This document shows positions 62,965-64,000 of a stretch of 64,000 nt of DNA, one piece after another. Below the pieces are notes generated by a model. The model was not told the origin of the DNA. It ran no database searches and worked only from the letters and a program-made list of their open reading frames with translations. The DNA is from Mobula hypostoma (taxonomy: Eukaryota): assembly GCF_963921235.1 (NCBI RefSeq), contig NC_086108.1, positions 114,392,001-114,456,000 on the forward strand. Direction: 5' to 3'. How positions within the stretch are numbered: position 1 is the first letter of the stretch; every line of letters starts with the position of its first letter. The translations under genes were made by a program, and so were the position numbers.

Positions 62965-63550
62965 GGGTGGTACAGCTGTAGCCTCAGATCCAGGGACCCC
63001 AAGTTCAAACTCCACTGCTGTCCGTGTAGAGTTTGCACGGTCTCCCCGTGACCACTGCTGTCCGTGTAGAGTTTGCACGGTCTCCCCGTGACCACTGCTG
63101 TCCGTGTAGAGTTTGCACGGTCTCCCCGTGACCACTGCTGTCCGTGTAGAGTTTGCACGGTCTCCCCGTGACCACTGCTGTCCGTGTAGAGTTTGCACGG
63201 TCTCCCCGTGACCACTGCTGTCCGTGTAGAGTTTGCACGGTCTCCCCGTGACCACTGCTGTCCGTGTAGAGTTTGCACGGTCTCCCCGTGACCACTGCTG
63301 TCCGTGTAGAGTTTGCACAGTCTCCCCATGGCCATGTGGGTTCCCCTCGGGCACTTTGGTTCCCTCCCACATCCAGAGACGCAAGGGTCAGTGGGTCGAT
63401 TGGCTGCTGTAAGCTGTGTGGGCGAGGGGTGGAATCTGGGGGGATTTGATGGGAGTGCAGGGGGAAATGAGGTGGGATCAGTGTAGGATTGGGGTCAATG
63501 GGTGGCTGGTGTTCAGCACAGACTCAATGGGCCCGAGGACCTGCTCCTGT
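62965..63550 (+). mobile_element. HE1/V-SINE-like SINE with internal tandem expansion
   Basis: B-box-like AAGTTCAAACTCC, core GAGTTTGCAC..TCTCCCC..TGGGTT.CC.C.GG..CTT.GGTT.CCTCCCACATCC, CR1-like tail. Confidence 0.75.
63012..63331 (+). repeat. Tandem repeat, 40 bp x 8
   Basis: CCACTGCTGTCCGTGTAGAGTTTGCACGGTCTCCCCGTGA; first seven units identical, last unit diverged. Confidence 0.97.
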
Positions 63551-63669
63551 GCAAGCAGAAAGCACCTTCACATGAACCACCCAACACTCGGACTAGAACC
63601 CTTGCCTTGTGGAATACCAACAGCAATGTTCTGGGTCGAATCCCAATATAAAACTGGTCCACTCAGACA

Positions 63670-64000
63670 AGACCACAAGACACAGAAGCAGAGTTAGACC
63701 ATTCAGCGCATTGGATCCACTCCAGCAATCCATCATGGTTGATTTATTACTTCTCTCAACCCCATTCTCCTGCCTTCTCCCCATGATCTTTGATGCCCTG
63801 ACTAATCAAGAACCTATCAACCTCCACATTAGATATACCCAATGACTTGTCCTCCACAGCTGTCCATGACAAAGAATTCCACAGATCCATTACCCTCTGG
63901 CGAAAGAAATTCCTCATCTCTGTTCTAAATGGACGTCCTTCTATTCCGAGGCTGGGCCCACTGGTCATAGATTCCTCCGCTGTAGAAAACATCCCATCTA
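63670..64000 (-). mobile_element. CR1 3' end (runs off window)
   Basis: GIEGRPFRTEMRNFFRQRVMDLWNSL plus 3' UTR. Confidence 0.85.

Noticed and set aside
63012..63331. CRISPR-like array
   Set aside because: Head-to-tail repeats with no spacers, inside a SINE, in eukaryotic DNA.
62875..63384. Repetitive ORFs in three frames
   Set aside because: Artefact of the stop-free 40-bp tandem repeat.

Overview
Eukaryotic (vertebrate) genomic DNA. The repeat families resemble those of cartilaginous fish, probably a ray or shark (inference). The only host gene I can support is an Lhx8-type LIM-homeobox gene on the minus strand. Six coding exons (62419-62540, 61558-61766, 51352-51455, 40265-40360, 36216-36399, 26530-26603) splice through GT-AG sites into one open frame: second half of LIM1, LIM2, homeodomain and C-terminus. 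The 5' exons lie beyond the window end. Most of the remainder is nested transposable elements: many CR1-clade LINEs (one full-length with both ORFs apparently intact, 19773-24461), Rex/Babar-L2-like LINE ends, R4/Dong-type REL-endonuclease retrotransposon relics, a solo LTR, Tc1/mariner relics, SINEs, and Penelope-type hammerhead relics. The most interesting signal is in the CR1s. ORF2 has no AUG until it is well inside the endonuclease domain and lies in the -1 frame relative to ORF1. The tiny ORF1/ORF2 overlap contains the slippery heptamer U_UUA_AAC directly before the ORF1 stop, in all four junctions in the window (three families). This suggests -1 ribosomal frameshifting to an ORF1-ORF2 fusion. 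Repeat boundaries are approximate and were read by eye.
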